64,000 bases of DNA, from the NCBI GenBank assembly GCA_021462625.1, contig JAJNAU010000001.1, positions 3,499-67,498 of the forward strand. The letters are read 5' to 3'. The DNA comes from Shewanella sp. (GTDB taxonomy: Bacteria; Pseudomonadota; Gammaproteobacteria; Enterobacterales; Shewanellaceae). The translations under genes and the position numbers were made by a program. The notes below the pieces were generated by a model. The model searched no databases. It saw only the letters and a program-made list of their open reading frames with translations, and was not told where the DNA came from. Of the stretch, positions 36,615 to 49,161 are shown piece after piece; the stretch's first letter is position 1, and the number at the start of each line of letters is the position of its first letter.

Positions 36615-37395
36615 ACCGCTGAATCAAGCATTGCTCGTGCCTTCCATTGAGTTGTTGTATGAGGATGACTATCTGGTTGCCGTTCACAAACCGGCGGGTT
36701 TGCTTGTGCACCGAACCTATCTGGCCCGTAAAGAAAAGTACTTTGCCATGCAGATGACCCGGGACCTTGTTGGGTGCCATGTGTTTCCTGTGCACCGTCT
36801 TGATCGGCCAACTTCAGGGGTGTTGTTGCTGGCAAAAAGCAGTGAAATGGCCAATGAATTGTGCCAGCAATTTGCCGGGCATCAGGTACGCAAACGCTAT
36901 CAGGCCCTGGTGCGGGGTAACATGCATGAGTCGGGGGAGTTGGATTATCCACTCAAAGAAGAGCTGGATAAGATTGCCGATAAGTTTGCATTGCAGGACA
37001 AAGATGCTCAGTCAGCAGTAACCCGGTATCAGCCTCTGCTTAACTCGGAGATCCCTTTTAGTTCGGGACGTTACCCAAGCAGCCGTTTTGCACTGATGGC
37101 ACTGGAACCCCTTACCGGCAGAAAACATCAGTTGCGGCGTCATATGGCGCATCTGCGACACCCGATCATCGGTGATACGACTCATGGTGATGGCAAACAG
37201 AATCGATTTTTTCGTGAGCATTTCGGTCATAACCGGTTGTGGCTTATTGCCAAACAGTTGAGCTTTAATCACCCAGTGACCGGCAAGGCTATGCAGATTG
37301 AAACCGAGCTGGAGGCCGAGTGGCTGGATGTATTTCAAGGTCTGGGGTGGAACGAAGAAGCCCTCGCGCGGGATACTTCAATCCTGCTTGCCTGA
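36601..37395 (+). CDS. truC: tRNA pseudouridine(65) synthase TruC
   Basis: HKPAGLLVH, VHRLDRPTSG, TGRKHQLRRHM and HPIIGDTTHGDG. Confidence 0.95.
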   Translation: MNPDEPLNQALLVPSIELLYEDDYLVAVHKPAGLLVHRTYLARKEKYFAMQMTRDLVGCHVFPVHRLDRPTSGVLLLAKSSEMANELCQQFAGHQVRKRYQALVRGNMHESGELDYPLKEELDKIADKFALQDKDAQSAVTRYQPLLNSEIPFSSGRYPSSRFALMALEPLTGRKHQLRRHMAHLRHPIIGDTTHGDGKQNRFFREHFGHNRLWLIAKQLSFNHPVTGKAMQIETELEAEWLDVFQGLGWNEEALARDTSILLA

Positions 37396-37545
37396 GCCAG
37401 GCTGATTGCTTAGCAGAACGCACGGGAGCCGGGCCTGCGCCGTCACGTACTCCCGGTAGCGGAAATAACAGCCGCGTCTGTTGTGAGCCACCCGATGCAT
37501 CTGTTTAAAGTGACGCATACGGCCAAGACGTTGGGTATGTCGCAT
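37378..37545 (-). CDS. Possible small basic protein (55 aa)
   Basis: GAGG RBS before the ATG; MRHTQRLGRMRHFKQMHRVAHNRRG. Overlaps the truC 3' end convergently. Confidence 0.3.
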   Translation of the reverse strand: MRHTQRLGRMRHFKQMHRVAHNRRGCYFRYREYVTAQARLPCVLLSNQPGSGKQD

Positions 37546-37668
37546 GGCAGGCCTCTGATTCAATTGCGGCTTGCATGAGGCAAGCTATTGACCTAACTGA
37601 CAAAGGTTTACTACCCTGAGGTGAAAATTATGCAGCAGGTCAGGAAAATTGACGGGGAGGATTATATC

Positions 37669-38127
37669 ATGACGCGTACCAATTTGCTCTATGGGACGGT
37701 ATACGGCAGCGCGCAATCAGTGGCCGAAAACCTGGCCGATGAACTGAAAAACCGGAACGTCGCTGTTCACCTATGGCAACCTGATGAATTAGAGGGATTT
37801 GTACCTCCTGTTGATGAGTGGTTGCTGATAGTGACTTCCACCACAGGACAAGGCGATCTGCCCGATGACATCGCTCCCTGGTTTTGTGCTTTGAAAAACA
37901 AAGCGCCTTACCTGGCCGGACTGCGTTATGCCGTGGTCGGACTCGGTGACTCCAGCTATGACACTTTCTGTGGTGGAGGGTATCAGGTGGACGAACTATT
38001 GCGGGAGTTGGGTGGCGACTCGCTGGCGCCTATGCTGACAATTGATGCCATGGAAACCATGGAGCCGGAAACTGCTGCCCTGGATTGGCTAGCCGGTTGG
38101 CTTAATACCAACCCGCACAGGAGTTAA
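37669..38127 (+). CDS. Flavodoxin (YqcA/MioC-like)
   Basis: YGTVYGSA, TSTTGQGDLP and GLGDSSYDTFCGGG; GGAGG RBS. Confidence 0.92.
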   Translation: MTRTNLLYGTVYGSAQSVAENLADELKNRNVAVHLWQPDELEGFVPPVDEWLLIVTSTTGQGDLPDDIAPWFCALKNKAPYLAGLRYAVVGLGDSSYDTFCGGGYQVDELLRELGGDSLAPMLTIDAMETMEPETAALDWLAGWLNTNPHRS

Positions 38128-38361
38128 CTTACTTAGCGAGAAAGAAAAGGCTTCAAGGCAATCAGAACCATTGAAGGCCTATCGGGCGGGATAAATCAAC
38201 ATTGTGATGGGCAGCATTGGCGCCTTTTATACTCGCCCTGTGGAGATCAATGGTCTATGCGGATTGATATAAGACTGTGGCCGGGCAATTGTTCCCAATA
38301 GGCGGGCTCGCCAGTGTTGTGAGCATGAAAGCAGCTCGTTTGTTGGCTTGAGAAAGATGCT

Positions 38362-38390
38362 GAAAAAACGAAGGACCCAGACGAGCCCTT
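38362..38390 (-). terminator. Terminator after dapD
   Basis: Minus strand AAGGGCTC-GTCT-GGGTCCTT followed by CGTTTTTT. Confidence 0.6.
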
Positions 38391-38410
38391 TATGGTGTGA
38401 GATGGTCGAG

Positions 38411-39235
38411 TTATTCAGCCATGCGCAGCAGTTCGTTAATACCCACTTTGCTGCGGGTCTTCTCGTCTACTTTCTTCACAATGATGGCCGCGTACAGATT
38501 GTATTTGCCACATTTGGAAGGCAGAGTACCGGAGACCACAACAGAACCGGCAGGTACACGACCATAGTGGATTTCACCGGTTTCACGGTCGTAAATGCGA
38601 GTGCTCTGGCCGATATAAACGCCCATGGAGATCACTGAGCCTTCTTCAACCACAATGCCTTCCACCACTTCAGAGCGAGCACCGATAAAGCAGTTGTCTT
38701 CAATGATGGTTGGGCCGGCCTGCAGAGGTTCCAGCACTCCGCCGATGCCTACTCCGCCGGACAGGTGCACATTCTTTCCGATTTGAGCACATGAGCCCAC
38801 AGTGGCCCAGGTATCCACCATAGTACCTTCACCAACATAAGCGCCCAGGTTAACGTAAGAGGGCATCAGTACCGTGTTTTTGGCAATAAAGGAGCCTTTA
38901 CGAACGGCAGCAGGAGGCACTACCCGGATCTGTTCGTCTATGAAACGTTGCTCATCGTAGTCAGCAAACTTCATCGGTACCTTGTCGAAGTATTTGGTCT
39001 CGCTGCCTTCAACCACCTGATTGTCAAAAATACGAAAAGAAAGTAATACGGCCTTCTTCAGCCATTGATTGACATGCCATTGACCATCAATTTTCTCAGC
39101 GACACGCACTTCGCCTCTGTCCAGCATGTTAATCACGGTTTCCACGTCGGCGCGGATGCTGGGTTCTACAGTAGATGGGGTAATAGATTGACGAGCTTCA
39201 AAAGCAGCCTCGATACGTTGGCGTAAAGCCTCCAT
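38411..39235 (-). CDS. dapD: Tetrahydrodipicolinate N-succinyltransferase
   Basis: [13 protein letters not shown] and YFDKVP, with hexapeptide repeats; 274 aa. Confidence 0.97.
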   Translation of the reverse strand: MEALRQRIEAAFEARQSITPSTVEPSIRADVETVINMLDRGEVRVAEKIDGQWHVNQWLKKAVLLSFRIFDNQVVEGSETKYFDKVPMKFADYDEQRFIDEQIRVVPPAAVRKGSFIAKNTVLMPSYVNLGAYVGEGTMVDTWATVGSCAQIGKNVHLSGGVGIGGVLEPLQAGPTIIEDNCFIGARSEVVEGIVVEEGSVISMGVYIGQSTRIYDRETGEIHYGRVPAGSVVVSGTLPSKCGKYNLYAAIIVKKVDEKTRSKVGINELLRMAE

Positions 39236-39264
39236 TGACATCTCCCGATTGGTGTCTGATTAAC

Positions 39265-41832
39265 TTAATTTGGGTGTGACAGCGCTTCTACCAGCGCCTC
39301 ACTCAGTTGTTGTTGCTGTGCTTCATCAAGCGCCTGACCTTCCCGGGTTTGCAGTATAAAAAAGTCTTCTGCCCGTTCACCTATGGTGGTGATCTTGGCG
39401 GCGACCAATACCACGCCACAGCGATAAAAAATATCACCGACTTTGGCCAGCAGTCCGGGGCAATCCAAAGCGATCAGCTCCATCTTACTTGTATCATGCC
39501 GGGAGCCCAGCAGGAAACTGACCTGCGTGGCAACTTTAAAGGGTTTCATTTTTCGCGGTAGCTTGCGGAACTTGGGTAAATTAACCACATCCGCCCCCAG
39601 CGCCTTGACCAGTGCCTTGCGAATACTCTGGATACGTGACAGTTGCGATACCGCCTCTCCGTTTTGCTCCAGAATGATGAAGCTGTCAAGTGCATAGTTG
39701 TCTCTGGAGCTCATCACCATGGCATCATGCACATCGATATTTTTATTGTCCAGCACTGCCATCACTGTGGCGAACAGTTTGGGTTTATCCGGGCAGTAGA
39801 TGAACAGTTCCGTGCCACCGCGGGAAGTTTGCTTGGATAACAGCACCAGCGCCTCTTCGGCACGATGCTTGAGAATAGCTTCACTGTGCCACGCTATTTG
39901 GTTAGGCATATGGCGCAGAAAATAGTTGGCCTTGAATCTGGCCCAAAGCGCATCTATATTTTTTTCGGTAATGCCACGTCGCAGCAGTTCTTTTCTGGCT
40001 TTGGCCTGGTGTTCGCGCACCCGGGCCCGAATGTCGACCGGCTTTTCCTTGCCCCGGGCCAGCACTCTTTGAGTCGTGAAATACAGTTCCCGCAGTAATG
40101 TACCTTTCCAGCTGTTCCACAGCTGGTCATTGGTGGCACAGATATCGGCTACAGTCAGGCAATACAGATAGCTTAAATGCACGGCGTCGCGCACCACATC
40201 AGCGAACTTAGCCACCACCTCAGGATCGGAAATGTCCCGCCGTTGGGCAGTGACTGACATCAGCAGATGATGTCGTACCAACCAGGCAACCAGGCGACAG
40301 TCGTGAACGCTCATGCCGTGCTGCTTACAAAAGTCCTGCGCGTCTTGAGCGCCCAGCGTGGAGTGATCGCCGCCCCGGCCTTTAGCTATGTCATGGAAGA
40401 TGGCGGCCAGTAGCAACAGCTCTTTTTTGGGAAGCTGATTAATAAGCACTGAGCCTAAAGGGAATTCTTCTTTTTGTTTCGGCTGGGCAAAACGCTCAAT
40501 ATTCAAAAGTAGCCTGTGGGTATGCTCATCCACAGTATAGGCGTGAAACAGGTCAAACTGCATCTGCCCTTCGATGGCGCGCCAGGCCGGCAGATAGGCA
40601 GATAAGACGCCATGCTTGTGCATCAGTGACAGGGCCGGAATACCTCTGGGGTGATGCAGGATCTCCATAAAGATCTCACGGCAGGCATCATGACTGCATA
40701 AAGGCTGCATCTGGGCACGACGGGCCCGCCTTAGGCTGCGCAGCGTGGGCGCAAAGATCCCCTGAATGTTGGAGTTACGGGCAACCAGTAAAAACAGACG
40801 AATAATCTGCTCTGGTTGGTCGAACAACTGTTCATCCAGAGCTTCGATAAAGCGGCCGCGGCGCTGAAAGTCTTGATCTATTGGGCTGATGGTCAACACT
40901 TTTTCGCCTGTGAGGGTGGCGCGCTTAAAGAGTTGCAGCAGCATCTCATTAAGCTCCATCACCCGTCTGACGGTACGATAGTAGCGCTTCATCATCTCTT
41001 CTACTGCCAGCACAGTACCATCCTGGTAACCCATCAATTCTGCTACCTGAGGCTGCAGCTCAAACAATAAGCGGTTTTCATCACGGTCGGCGATGATGTG
41101 CAGGGCAAATCTTAGTTCCCACAAAAAATGCTGACACTCGAGTAACTCATCCAGCTCGTATTGATCCAAAAAACCATGGTCTAACAGCTCAGTGAGATTG
41201 GCGGCATTGAAATGACGCATGGCCACCCAGGCGATGGTCTGAATATCCCTCAGCCCTCCCGGGCAGGATTTGAGGTTGGGCTCAAGATCAAAGGCGCTGG
41301 CTTTGGCGTGACGGGTATTCTGCTCTTCGCGTTTGGCCAGAAAGAAGGCATTTGAGGGCCAGAAGTCACCTTCACGAATCGCATCGGAAAGGGCATCAAA
41401 CAGGGTTGGACTGCCTGCCAGCAGCCGGGCTTCGAGCAGGTTGGTGGCAATGGTGATATCCCCGCGCCCCTGCTCGAGGGTTTGTGATAGGGTACGAACA
41501 CTATGGCCGATTTCCAGCCCGGCATCCCATAAATAGGCGATAAAGGTACTGAGAGCCTGCTCTCCCCGGGCATTTAATTCCTCACCAAGGAGAAACAGAA
41601 TATCCACATCTGAATGGGGATGCAGTTCGCCGCGGCCATATCCACCCACGGCGATGAGGGCTATGGGAAGGGCGCCAAGCCCCAGATCCCGCCAGGCGCA
41701 TTGCAACAATTCATCGACGAATCGACAGCGCTGGACAACCAGCTGTGCAATGGGGGTATGTGATCTGAACTGACTGAGCAGAGCCTGATTTTGATCCATC
41801 AATGCGCACTTGGCGGCCTGGGCTGTGTCCAT
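39265..41832 (-). CDS. glnD: PII uridylyltransferase / uridylyl-removing enzyme
   Basis: [19 protein letters not shown] domain [21 protein letters not shown], and two ACT domains. Confidence 0.97.
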   Translation of the reverse strand: MDTAQAAKCALMDQNQALLSQFRSHTPIAQLVVQRCRFVDELLQCAWRDLGLGALPIALIAVGGYGRGELHPHSDVDILFLLGEELNARGEQALSTFIAYLWDAGLEIGHSVRTLSQTLEQGRGDITIATNLLEARLLAGSPTLFDALSDAIREGDFWPSNAFFLAKREEQNTRHAKASAFDLEPNLKSCPGGLRDIQTIAWVAMRHFNAANLTELLDHGFLDQYELDELLECQHFLWELRFALHIIADRDENRLLFELQPQVAELMGYQDGTVLAVEEMMKRYYRTVRRVMELNEMLLQLFKRATLTGEKVLTISPIDQDFQRRGRFIEALDEQLFDQPEQIIRLFLLVARNSNIQGIFAPTLRSLRRARRAQMQPLCSHDACREIFMEILHHPRGIPALSLMHKHGVLSAYLPAWRAIEGQMQFDLFHAYTVDEHTHRLLLNIERFAQPKQKEEFPLGSVLINQLPKKELLLLAAIFHDIAKGRGGDHSTLGAQDAQDFCKQHGMSVHDCRLVAWLVRHHLLMSVTAQRRDISDPEVVAKFADVVRDAVHLSYLYCLTVADICATNDQLWNSWKGTLLRELYFTTQRVLARGKEKPVDIRARVREHQAKARKELLRRGITEKNIDALWARFKANYFLRHMPNQIAWHSEAILKHRAEEALVLLSKQTSRGGTELFIYCPDKPKLFATVMAVLDNKNIDVHDAMVMSSRDNYALDSFIILEQNGEAVSQLSRIQSIRKALVKALGADVVNLPKFRKLPRKMKPFKVATQVSFLLGSRHDTSKMELIALDCPGLLAKVGDIFYRCGVVLVAAKITTIGERAEDFFILQTREGQALDEAQQQQLSEALVEALSHPN

Positions 41833-41864
41833 ATAGTCCCCTGAAAAACCGGTTTTTAATTGAG

Positions 41865-42662
41865 TTAGTGATTGATGAAACGAGGGAGATCTTCTTCCTC
41901 ACGCAGCGTCAGTACTTCCACACCGGTTTCGGTCACCAGCAAAGTGTGTTCCCACTGTGCGGAGTTTTTGCCGTCGGCTGTGGTCACAGTCCAGCCGTCA
42001 TGCTTGTCCAGTTTGGCTTTGAAGTTACCTGCGTTGATCATCGGCTCGATGGTAAAACACATACCCGGGCGCAACACAGTGTTATCGTTGTTTTTGTAGT
42101 GCACTACCTGTGGATCTTCGTGGAAAGTCGCCCCGATGCCATGACCGCAGTAATCCTTAACGATGCTGTATTTGTTCAGGCCGCTTTTGCTGTTCTTGAT
42201 GAATTTCTCAATGCTGGTACCGATTTCACCCAGTTTGAGACCCGGGCGAACTTTACGGATGGCGGTATACAGGCTTTCCTGAGCGATACGGCACAGGCGG
42301 CGATCTTTTGGCGAAACGTCACCAATTAGAAACATTTTTGAGGTATCACCATGGTAGCCATCTTTGATGACAGTGATATCGATATTCAGAATGTCGCCGT
42401 CTTTGAGCACGTAATCACCGGGAATACCGTGGCAAATGACTTCATTGACGGATGTGCAGATAGATTTCGGAAATCCGTGGTAGTTCAGCGGTGCGGAAAT
42501 GGCACCCTGTTGCTCAGTATATTTGGCGCAGATGGCGTCCAGTTCGTTGGTGGTGACACCGGCCTTCACATGGGGGGCGATCATTTCCAGTACTTCGGCG
42601 GCTAGCTTACCTGCAGCGCGCATTTTCTCTATTTCTTCTGCGGTCTTGATGACTATACTCAT
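41865..42662 (-). CDS. map: Methionine aminopeptidase type I
   Basis: [27 protein letters not shown] and AQWEHT. Confidence 0.97.
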   Translation of the reverse strand: MSIVIKTAEEIEKMRAAGKLAAEVLEMIAPHVKAGVTTNELDAICAKYTEQQGAISAPLNYHGFPKSICTSVNEVICHGIPGDYVLKDGDILNIDITVIKDGYHGDTSKMFLIGDVSPKDRRLCRIAQESLYTAIRKVRPGLKLGEIGTSIEKFIKNSKSGLNKYSIVKDYCGHGIGATFHEDPQVVHYKNNDNTVLRPGMCFTIEPMINAGNFKAKLDKHDGWTVTTADGKNSAQWEHTLLVTETGVEVLTLREEEDLPRFINH

Positions 42663-42739
42663 TGGGTTTTCTCTAAGGATTGGCGGAACAATTTGACACA
42701 CTGCCAGCCGGTAAAAAAATTGTGCTTACAGCCGGTTTA

Positions 42740-42756
42740 TGGTATAAAGCGCGCCG
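42740..42756 (+). promoter_or_regulatory. rpsB extended -10 promoter with GC-rich discriminator
   Basis: TGGTATAAAGCGCGCC, as in the conserved gammaproteobacterial rpsB promoter. Confidence 0.75.
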
Positions 42757-42877
42757 TCATGTTTGACTCTGAAACTCCGGTTATGCGGGACAGATAGGTG
42801 AAAACCGATTGGCCTAACCGGTCAGGTCACGTAAAATGTGGCCGCCATTATACATGGCAATTAACGTAAATACTAAA

Positions 42878-42960
42878 TCACACACGTATCGGCACATACT
42901 TCGGGGTGCCTGGGTAATCGGGTCGAAGGCATGGGGTGCGTGGAGGTTTAACCCCACTTT
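42878..42960 (+). ncRNA. rpsB leader (t44 / S2 autoregulatory RNA)
   Basis: CACACGTATCGGCACATAC..GGGGTGCC...GTGGAGG.TTAACCCC conserved blocks. Confidence 0.8.
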
Positions 42961-42980
42961 AATCTTAAGGTAGATTTAAA

Positions 42981-43709
42981 ATGACTACAGTTTCTATGCG
43001 CGACATGCTGCAGGCCGGTGTACACTTCGGTCACCAAACCCGTTACTGGAACCCAAAGATGAAGCCATTCATCTTCGGTGCCCGCAACGGTGTACACATC
43101 ATCAACCTGGAGCACACTGTACCAATGTTCAACGATGCGCTGGCGTTCCTCAGCAACGTCGCTTCGAAGAAAGGTAAAATCCTGTTCGTTGGTACCAAGC
43201 GTGCAGCAAGCGAAGCTATCAAAGAATCCGCTGCTTCTTGTGACCAGTATTATGTAGATCACCGCTGGTTGGGCGGTATGCTGACTAACTGGAAAACCGT
43301 TCGTCAGTCAATCAAACGTCTGAAAGAGCTGGAAACTCAGTCTGTTGACGGTACTTTCGACAAGCTGACCAAGAAAGAAGCCCTGATGCGTTCCCGCGAG
43401 CTGGAAAAGCTGGAAAAGTCTCTGGGCGGTATCAAGAACATGGGCGGTCTGCCTGACGTTCTGTTCGTCGTCGGTGCTGATCATGAACACATCGCTATCA
43501 AAGAAGCCAACAACCTGGGTATCCCGGTTGTTGCAGTAGTAGATACCAACTCTGCTCCAGACGGTGTTAACTATATCGTTCCTGGTAATGATGACGCAAT
43601 GCGCGCTATCAGACTGTACACCTCTTCTGCTGCTGCCGCTGCTAACACTGGCCGTGGCCAGGATCTGGCTGTTCAAGCTGAACAAGACGGTTTCGTAGAG
43701 GCCGAATAA
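42981..43709 (+). CDS. rpsB: 30S ribosomal protein S2
   Basis: [22 protein letters not shown]. Confidence 0.99.
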   Translation: MTTVSMRDMLQAGVHFGHQTRYWNPKMKPFIFGARNGVHIINLEHTVPMFNDALAFLSNVASKKGKILFVGTKRAASEAIKESAASCDQYYVDHRWLGGMLTNWKTVRQSIKRLKELETQSVDGTFDKLTKKEALMRSRELEKLEKSLGGIKNMGGLPDVLFVVGADHEHIAIKEANNLGIPVVAVVDTNSAPDGVNYIVPGNDDAMRAIRLYTSSAAAAANTGRGQDLAVQAEQDGFVEAE

Positions 43710-43761
43710 TAAGGTGTGATGCATCGCATCTCCCTTATTAACCAAATAGTTTTGATTGGTT

Positions 43762-43787
43762 AACAGGGGCCTTATGGCCCCTGTTTT
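43762..43787 (+). terminator. Terminator/attenuator between rpsB and tsf
   Basis: AACAGGGGCC-TTAT-GGCCCCTGTT followed by TT. Confidence 0.75.
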
Positions 43788-43842
43788 ACATCTATACAGA
43801 TCATCGAATTTATTTCGACCCTAATTTATAGAGGACTTAACA

Positions 43843-44709
43843 ATGGCAATTACTGCTGCCCTGGTTAAAGAACTGCGCGATCGTACTGGCGCTGGCATGA
43901 TGGATTGTAAAAAAGCGCTGACCGAAACCAACGGTGACATCGAGCTGGCAATCGAAAACATGCGTAAGAGCGGTGCTGCAAAGGCTGCGAAGAAAGCGGG
44001 TAACATCGCTGCTGAAGGTACCATCCTGATCAAGCAGGGCGAAGGTTTCGCGGCGCTGATCGAAGTTAACTGTCAGACTGACTTCGTTGCCAAGGACTCC
44101 AACTTCCTGGCTTTCGCCAACGGAGTTCTGGACGCTGCCGCTGCTGGTAAAGTGGCTATCGACGACCTGAAAGCTCAGTTCGAAGAAGCTCGCGTCGCAC
44201 TGGTTGCCAAGATCGGTGAAAACATCAATGTACGTCGCGTTGAGTACATCGACGGTTCCAACCTGGCCACTTACCGCCACGGCGATCGCATCGGTGTAGT
44301 TGTAACCGGTGACGCTGATGAAGAAACTCTCAAGCACATCGCGATGCACGTAGCTGCCTCTAAGCCTGAGTATGTCACTCCTGAAGATGTACCAGCTGAA
44401 GTGGTTGCCAAAGAGCGTGAAGTTCAGGTTGAAATCGCCATGAACGAAGGCAAGCCAAAAGAAATCGCCGAGAAGATGGTTGAAGGCCGCATGAAGAAGT
44501 TCACCGGTGAAGTATCGCTGACCGGTCAGCCATTCATCATGGAGCCTAAGAAAACTGTTGGTGAAATCCTGAAAGAAAAAGGCGCCACTGTTACTAACTT
44601 CATCCGCCTGGAAGTGGGTGAAGGCATCGAGAAGAAAGTTGAGAACTTCGCTGATGAAGTGAAGGCTCAGCAAGAAGCCGCTGCCGCCGCTGCTGGCAAA
44701 GGCGAGTAA
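43843..44709 (+). CDS. tsf: Elongation factor Ts
   Basis: [20 protein letters not shown] and [11 protein letters not shown]. Confidence 0.99.
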   Translation: MAITAALVKELRDRTGAGMMDCKKALTETNGDIELAIENMRKSGAAKAAKKAGNIAAEGTILIKQGEGFAALIEVNCQTDFVAKDSNFLAFANGVLDAAAAGKVAIDDLKAQFEEARVALVAKIGENINVRRVEYIDGSNLATYRHGDRIGVVVTGDADEETLKHIAMHVAASKPEYVTPEDVPAEVVAKEREVQVEIAMNEGKPKEIAEKMVEGRMKKFTGEVSLTGQPFIMEPKKTVGEILKEKGATVTNFIRLEVGEGIEKKVENFADEVKAQQEAAAAAAGKGE

Positions 44710-44728
44710 TCGCTAGGCTGTAAGCATT

Positions 44729-44760
44729 CAAGACCGCAGCCTGTGCTGCGGTCTTGTTAT
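44729..44760 (+). terminator. Terminator after tsf
   Basis: 12-bp stem CAAGACCGCAGC-CTGT-GCTGCGGTCTTG followed by TTAT. Confidence 0.7.
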
Positions 44761-44849
44761 ACCCGAGGCTAAAAATGTCTGCCGGGTCCGCCGACGAGCG
44801 GTAAACCAGAATAGTAAACAGAGTTGGTTTAATACCAGGACTAGAAAAT

Positions 44850-45578
44850 ATGAGCACCAATCCTAAACCTGCATTTCGACGCATTCTTCTGAAATTAAGT
44901 GGTGAAGCCCTGATGGGCGAGGAAGGCTTCGGTATTGACCCGAAAGTTCTCGACCGTATGGCTCAGGAAATTAAAGAGCTGGTAGAGCTGGGCATCCAGG
45001 TCGGCGTAGTGATAGGTGGTGGCAACCTTTTCCGTGGTGAAGGTTTGGCCAAAGCTGGTATGAATCGCGTAGTGGGTGACCACATGGGTATGTTGGCTAC
45101 CGTGATGAATGGTCTGGCCATGCGCGACGCGCTGCACCGTGCTTATGTGAATGCCCGTCTGATGTCTGCTATTCCACTGAACGGTGTGTGTGACCGTTAC
45201 AACTGGGCTGAAGCCATCAGCCTGCTGAAATCCGGCCGCGTAGTGATTTTCTCTGCCGGTACCGGTAATCCATTTTTCACAACTGACTCTGCGGCCTGTT
45301 TGCGGGGTATCGAAATTGAGTCAGAAGTAGTGCTGAAAGGCACCAAGGTTGACGGTGTATACTCCGCCGATCCGATGAAAGACCCGGATGCAGTTAAGTA
45401 TGATACGCTGGGTTACAACGAGGTGCTGGAAAAAGAATTGAAAGTCATGGACCTTGCTGCGTTTACTCTGGCACGGGACCATGATATGCCTATCCTGGTT
45501 TTCAATATGAACAAGCCAGGAGCGCTGCGTCGCGTCATTATGGGCGAGCAGGAAGGCACCCTGATTAAAGCCATCTAA
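44850..45578 (+). CDS. pyrH: UMP kinase
   Basis: [13 protein letters not shown] and [10 protein letters not shown]. Confidence 0.98.
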   Translation: MSTNPKPAFRRILLKLSGEALMGEEGFGIDPKVLDRMAQEIKELVELGIQVGVVIGGGNLFRGEGLAKAGMNRVVGDHMGMLATVMNGLAMRDALHRAYVNARLMSAIPLNGVCDRYNWAEAISLLKSGRVVIFSAGTGNPFFTTDSAACLRGIEIESEVVLKGTKVDGVYSADPMKDPDAVKYDTLGYNEVLEKELKVMDLAAFTLARDHDMPILVFNMNKPGALRRVIMGEQEGTLIKAI

Positions 45579-45591
45579 AAGGACATTTATC

Positions 45592-46149
45592 GTGATTGAA
45601 GATATCCACAAAGACGCCAAAGAGCGCATGGGCAAATGTGTTGAGGCCATGAAAGGCCAGATGAGTAAAGTGCGCACAGGTCGTGCTCACCCAAGCCTGC
45701 TCAACTCTATTCAGGTTTCTTACTACGGCAGTATGACTCCCCTGAATCAGGTGGGTAACGTGGTTGTTGAAGACTCCCGCACTTTGGCGGTGAACGTATT
45801 CGACCGTTCCATGATCCAGGCTGTTGAAAAGGCTATTATGAGCTCAGATCTGGGTTTAAACCCAATGTCAGCCGGTGCCACTATCCGTATTCCGCTGCCG
45901 CCACTGACTGAAGAGCGTCGTCGTGATCTGGTTAAAGTGGTTCGCGCTGAAGCTGAAAATGGCCGTATCGCGGTACGTAACGTACGTCGTGATGCCAATT
46001 CAGACGTGAAAGCGCTGGAAAAGACCAAAGAGTGTACCGAGGATGATGTTCGTCGCAGTGAAGATGAGGTGCAGAAGCTGACCGACGTACACATCAAACA
46101 AATCGATGAAATTCTGGCCGCAAAAGAAGCTGAGTTGATGGAAGTGTGA
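45592..46149 (+). CDS. frr: Ribosome recycling factor
   Basis: [24 protein letters not shown] and VRNVRRDAN. Confidence 0.98.
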   Translation: MIEDIHKDAKERMGKCVEAMKGQMSKVRTGRAHPSLLNSIQVSYYGSMTPLNQVGNVVVEDSRTLAVNVFDRSMIQAVEKAIMSSDLGLNPMSAGATIRIPLPPLTEERRRDLVKVVRAEAENGRIAVRNVRRDANSDVKALEKTKECTEDDVRRSEDEVQKLTDVHIKQIDEILAAKEAELMEV

Positions 46150-46174
46150 TTCCACCACGCAAGTAACTAGAGTT

Positions 46175-46218
46175 AAAGCGCCGTGTAGCGGTATACTATG
46201 CGGCGTTTGTTTATTTTT
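46175..46218 (+). terminator. Terminator-like hairpin after frr
   Basis: GCGCCGTGTAG/CTATGCGGCGT stem then TTGTTTATTTTT; also contains a TATACT -10-like hexamer. Confidence 0.55.
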
Positions 46219-46232
46219 AAGGGTTGTTGCGC

Positions 46233-47060
46233 ATGTCATCCAAGTTGGAAGCTGATTCCGGCCAGGTCTCTGTCCACGAGTCCGGCGCTTCTCAGTGTGA
46301 ATTACCGACTGAGTTGCCGGAAATACTGCAGCAGTCTGTCCCCAATCATGTCGCAATTATTATGGATGGCAATGGCCGTTGGGCGCAGGCCAAAGGCAGA
46401 CCGCGGGTATTTGGTCATCGTGCCGGTGTGAAGGCGGTGCGCCGAGCGGTTACTACCGCCCGCAGCCTCGGGGTAAAGTCCCTGACTCTGTTTGCCTTTT
46501 CCTCTGAAAATTGGCGTCGTCCTGACACCGAAGTCACCCTCTTGATGCAACTCTTTTTCACTGTACTGCAGCGGGAAATTAAGTTGCTGGATAAAAATGG
46601 TGTACGCCTGAATATCATCGGTGACACCAGCCGCTTCTCCGAGCATTTGCAGAAGCAGATCCGCTTCGCCGAAGAAAAAACGGCAGACAATACCAATCTT
46701 ATTCTGAATGTTGCGGCCAATTATGGTGGTCGTTGGGACATTATGCAGGCTGCCCGTACCTTGGCGACCAAAGTGGAAGCCGGTGAGCTGGGTGCCAATG
46801 CCTTGACCGAAGAAGCCTTGTCTGAGCACCTGTGCATGCAGGAGCAGGGTGAGGTGGATCTGATGATCCGCACCGGTGGGGATTATCGCATCAGTAATTT
46901 TGTTCTCTGGCAAGCCGCCTACGCAGAGTTGGTGTTTACTGATATTCTCTGGCCTGATTTTGATGAGCAGGTGTTCCACCAGGCTGTTGCTGTGTTTGCC
47001 AGTCGTCAGCGCCGTTTTGGTCTGACAGGCGCACAGATAGACGCGCTGCGTACTTCTTAA
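46233..47060 (+). CDS. uppS: Undecaprenyl diphosphate synthase
   Basis: [22 protein letters not shown] and [12 protein letters not shown]. Confidence 0.97.
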   Translation: MSSKLEADSGQVSVHESGASQCELPTELPEILQQSVPNHVAIIMDGNGRWAQAKGRPRVFGHRAGVKAVRRAVTTARSLGVKSLTLFAFSSENWRRPDTEVTLLMQLFFTVLQREIKLLDKNGVRLNIIGDTSRFSEHLQKQIRFAEEKTADNTNLILNVAANYGGRWDIMQAARTLATKVEAGELGANALTEEALSEHLCMQEQGEVDLMIRTGGDYRISNFVLWQAAYAELVFTDILWPDFDEQVFHQAVAVFASRQRRFGLTGAQIDALRTS

Positions 47061-47085
47061 CATCCATCCGAGAGGACGAAGCCTT

Positions 47086-47943
47086 TTGCTAAAACAACGA
47101 ATAATAACAGCAATTTTATTGATCCCTTTTGTGCTGGGTGGGGTGTTTTATTTGCCTGCCAGCTATTTTGCCTGGGCACTGGTGCCGGTGTTTTTGATTG
47201 CGGCAAAAGAGTGGGGCAAGTTTATTGAGCCTGAGTGCATTATCACTCAGTGGAGCTTTACCTTCACCATGGGTATTTTACTGATAGCCCTGAATATCTT
47301 GGTGCCAGCCTCTGCAGTTTGGGGGTCCACGGGGCTTAACCCCATATATCAGGGGGTGATGGGACTTGGCGCCATCTGGTGGCTCACCTCTGCGCTGTTG
47401 GTCATGGGATATCCAAAAACCAGTAAAAGCTGGGCAACCAGCCCGATGCTCAAATCCATGTTTGGTCAGTTGACCCTGGCTCCCTGTTTTGCCGCACTTG
47501 TTGCGCTTAAGAGTCTCAGTACTCCATCCAATCCTTATTATGGCGGCTCTCTGGTGCTGTTGGTGTTTCTGGTGGTGTGGGCAGCGGATACAGGCGCTTA
47601 CTTCTTTGGCCGCAGTCTGGGAAAGCATAAGCTGATGCCCAGCGTCAGCCCGGCCAAAACCCTCGAAGGGTTGCTAGGTGGCCTGCTGACGACTATGGTG
47701 GTGGTGGCACTGGTGATGTACTTGTCGCCGGAGCAGGAACTGCCACTGGTCATTGTTGTGACCCTGATAACCGCAGTGGCTTCGGCGCTGGGCGATTTAT
47801 CAGAAAGCATGTTCAAGCGCAGTGCTAATGTGAAAGATTCCGGCAATATTCTTCCTGGCCATGGTGGCGTGCTCGATCGCATCGATAGCCTGACTGCGGC
47901 CCTGCCGGTATTTACCCTGTTTTATATTGCATTCTGGATGTAG
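47086..47943 (+). CDS. cdsA: Phosphatidate cytidylyltransferase
   Basis: [18 protein letters not shown] and [14 protein letters not shown]. Confidence 0.97.
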   Translation: MLKQRIITAILLIPFVLGGVFYLPASYFAWALVPVFLIAAKEWGKFIEPECIITQWSFTFTMGILLIALNILVPASAVWGSTGLNPIYQGVMGLGAIWWLTSALLVMGYPKTSKSWATSPMLKSMFGQLTLAPCFAALVALKSLSTPSNPYYGGSLVLLVFLVVWAADTGAYFFGRSLGKHKLMPSVSPAKTLEGLLGGLLTTMVVVALVMYLSPEQELPLVIVVTLITAVASALGDLSESMFKRSANVKDSGNILPGHGGVLDRIDSLTAALPVFTLFYIAFWM

Positions 47944-47948
47944 TTAAT

Positions 47949-49142
47949 ATGCAAAATATGGTGATTTTGGGTGCGACTGGCTCTATCGGTGCCAGCACGC
48001 TCGGTGTGATTTCCCAAAACCCTGAGGCATACCGGGCCTATGCTCTGGTTGCTTACTCCAATGTCGATAATATGTTGCCTCTGTGCCACGAGCACAAACC
48101 TGCCATTGTACACATGGTCGATGAGGTTGCTGCTCAGGCACTGAAAGCAGCGTTGAGCCCCACATTGGGGATTAAGGTCACCAGTGGAGAGCAGGCGCTG
48201 ATAGAACTGGTGACGTCCGATGAGGTGGATACCGTGATGGCCGCAATCGTCGGGGCGGCGGGTTTGGTTCCTACGCTGGCTGCCGTTAAGGCGGGTAAGC
48301 GTATTTTGCTGGCCAACAAGGAATCTTTGGTGATGTCCGGTCAGCTGTTTATGGATGCTGCCAAAGTCTCCGGCGCGCAAATCCTGCCGGTGGACAGTGA
48401 ACACAATGCCATCTTCCAGTGCCTGCCTGACTCTATACAACAGAACTTGGGTTACTGCGATCTGCGCGCCGAAGGGATTTCCTATATATTGCTTACCGGC
48501 TCAGGTGGCCCGTTTCTGACTGCGCCGCTTGAGCAGCTCAAGCTGATGACCCCGGCGCAGGCCTGCAAGCACCCCAACTGGTCCATGGGCCCCAAGATAT
48601 CGGTGGATTCTGCGTCCATGATGAATAAGGGGCTGGAGTTCATTGAGGCGCGCTGGCTGTTCAATACCCGTTCGGATCAACTCAAAGTGGTGATCCATCC
48701 GCAAAGCGTGATCCACTCTATGGTGCAGTACCTTGATGGCAGTGTGCTGGCGCAGTTGGGGAACCCGGATATGCGTACGCCGATTGCTCATTGCATATCT
48801 TATCCCGAGAGAATTCCGTCAGGTGTGGAACCTTTGGATTTTTTCAAAGTCGGACAATTAAGTTTTTGTGAGCCGGATTACCAACGCTATCCCTGTCTTG
48901 AGCTGGCGATTGAAGCCTGTCATCAGGGGCAGGAAGCCAGCACGGTACTCAATGCGGCCAACGAAGTGGCTGTTTCGGCGTTTCTTGCTGGTGGCATCGG
49001 CTTTACCGATATCGCCCGGGTAAATACCCACAGTTTGCAAGCAGTCGAGTTCAAGCAGCTTTGCTGCATAGAAGATATTCTGGCTCTGGATGCCGAGGTG
49101 CGCGCCAAGGCGAGGGAGTTCATTCGTCAATTGATCAATTGA
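47949..49142 (+). CDS. dxr: 1-deoxy-D-xylulose 5-phosphate reductoisomerase
   Basis: GATGSIG, LANKES, PVDSEH and HPNWSMG. Confidence 0.98.
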   Translation: MQNMVILGATGSIGASTLGVISQNPEAYRAYALVAYSNVDNMLPLCHEHKPAIVHMVDEVAAQALKAALSPTLGIKVTSGEQALIELVTSDEVDTVMAAIVGAAGLVPTLAAVKAGKRILLANKESLVMSGQLFMDAAKVSGAQILPVDSEHNAIFQCLPDSIQQNLGYCDLRAEGISYILLTGSGGPFLTAPLEQLKLMTPAQACKHPNWSMGPKISVDSASMMNKGLEFIEARWLFNTRSDQLKVVIHPQSVIHSMVQYLDGSVLAQLGNPDMRTPIAHCISYPERIPSGVEPLDFFKVGQLSFCEPDYQRYPCLELAIEACHQGQEASTVLNAANEVAVSAFLAGGIGFTDIARVNTHSLQAVEFKQLCCIEDILALDAEVRAKAREFIRQLIN

Positions 49143-49161
49143 GTTGATAAACAGGATTTTA

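Noticed and set aside
38128-38360. Intergenic stretch between flavodoxin and dapD as an sRNA
   Set aside because: Only one imperfect hairpin (GGCTTCAA..TTGAAGGCC) and no promoter or motif support.
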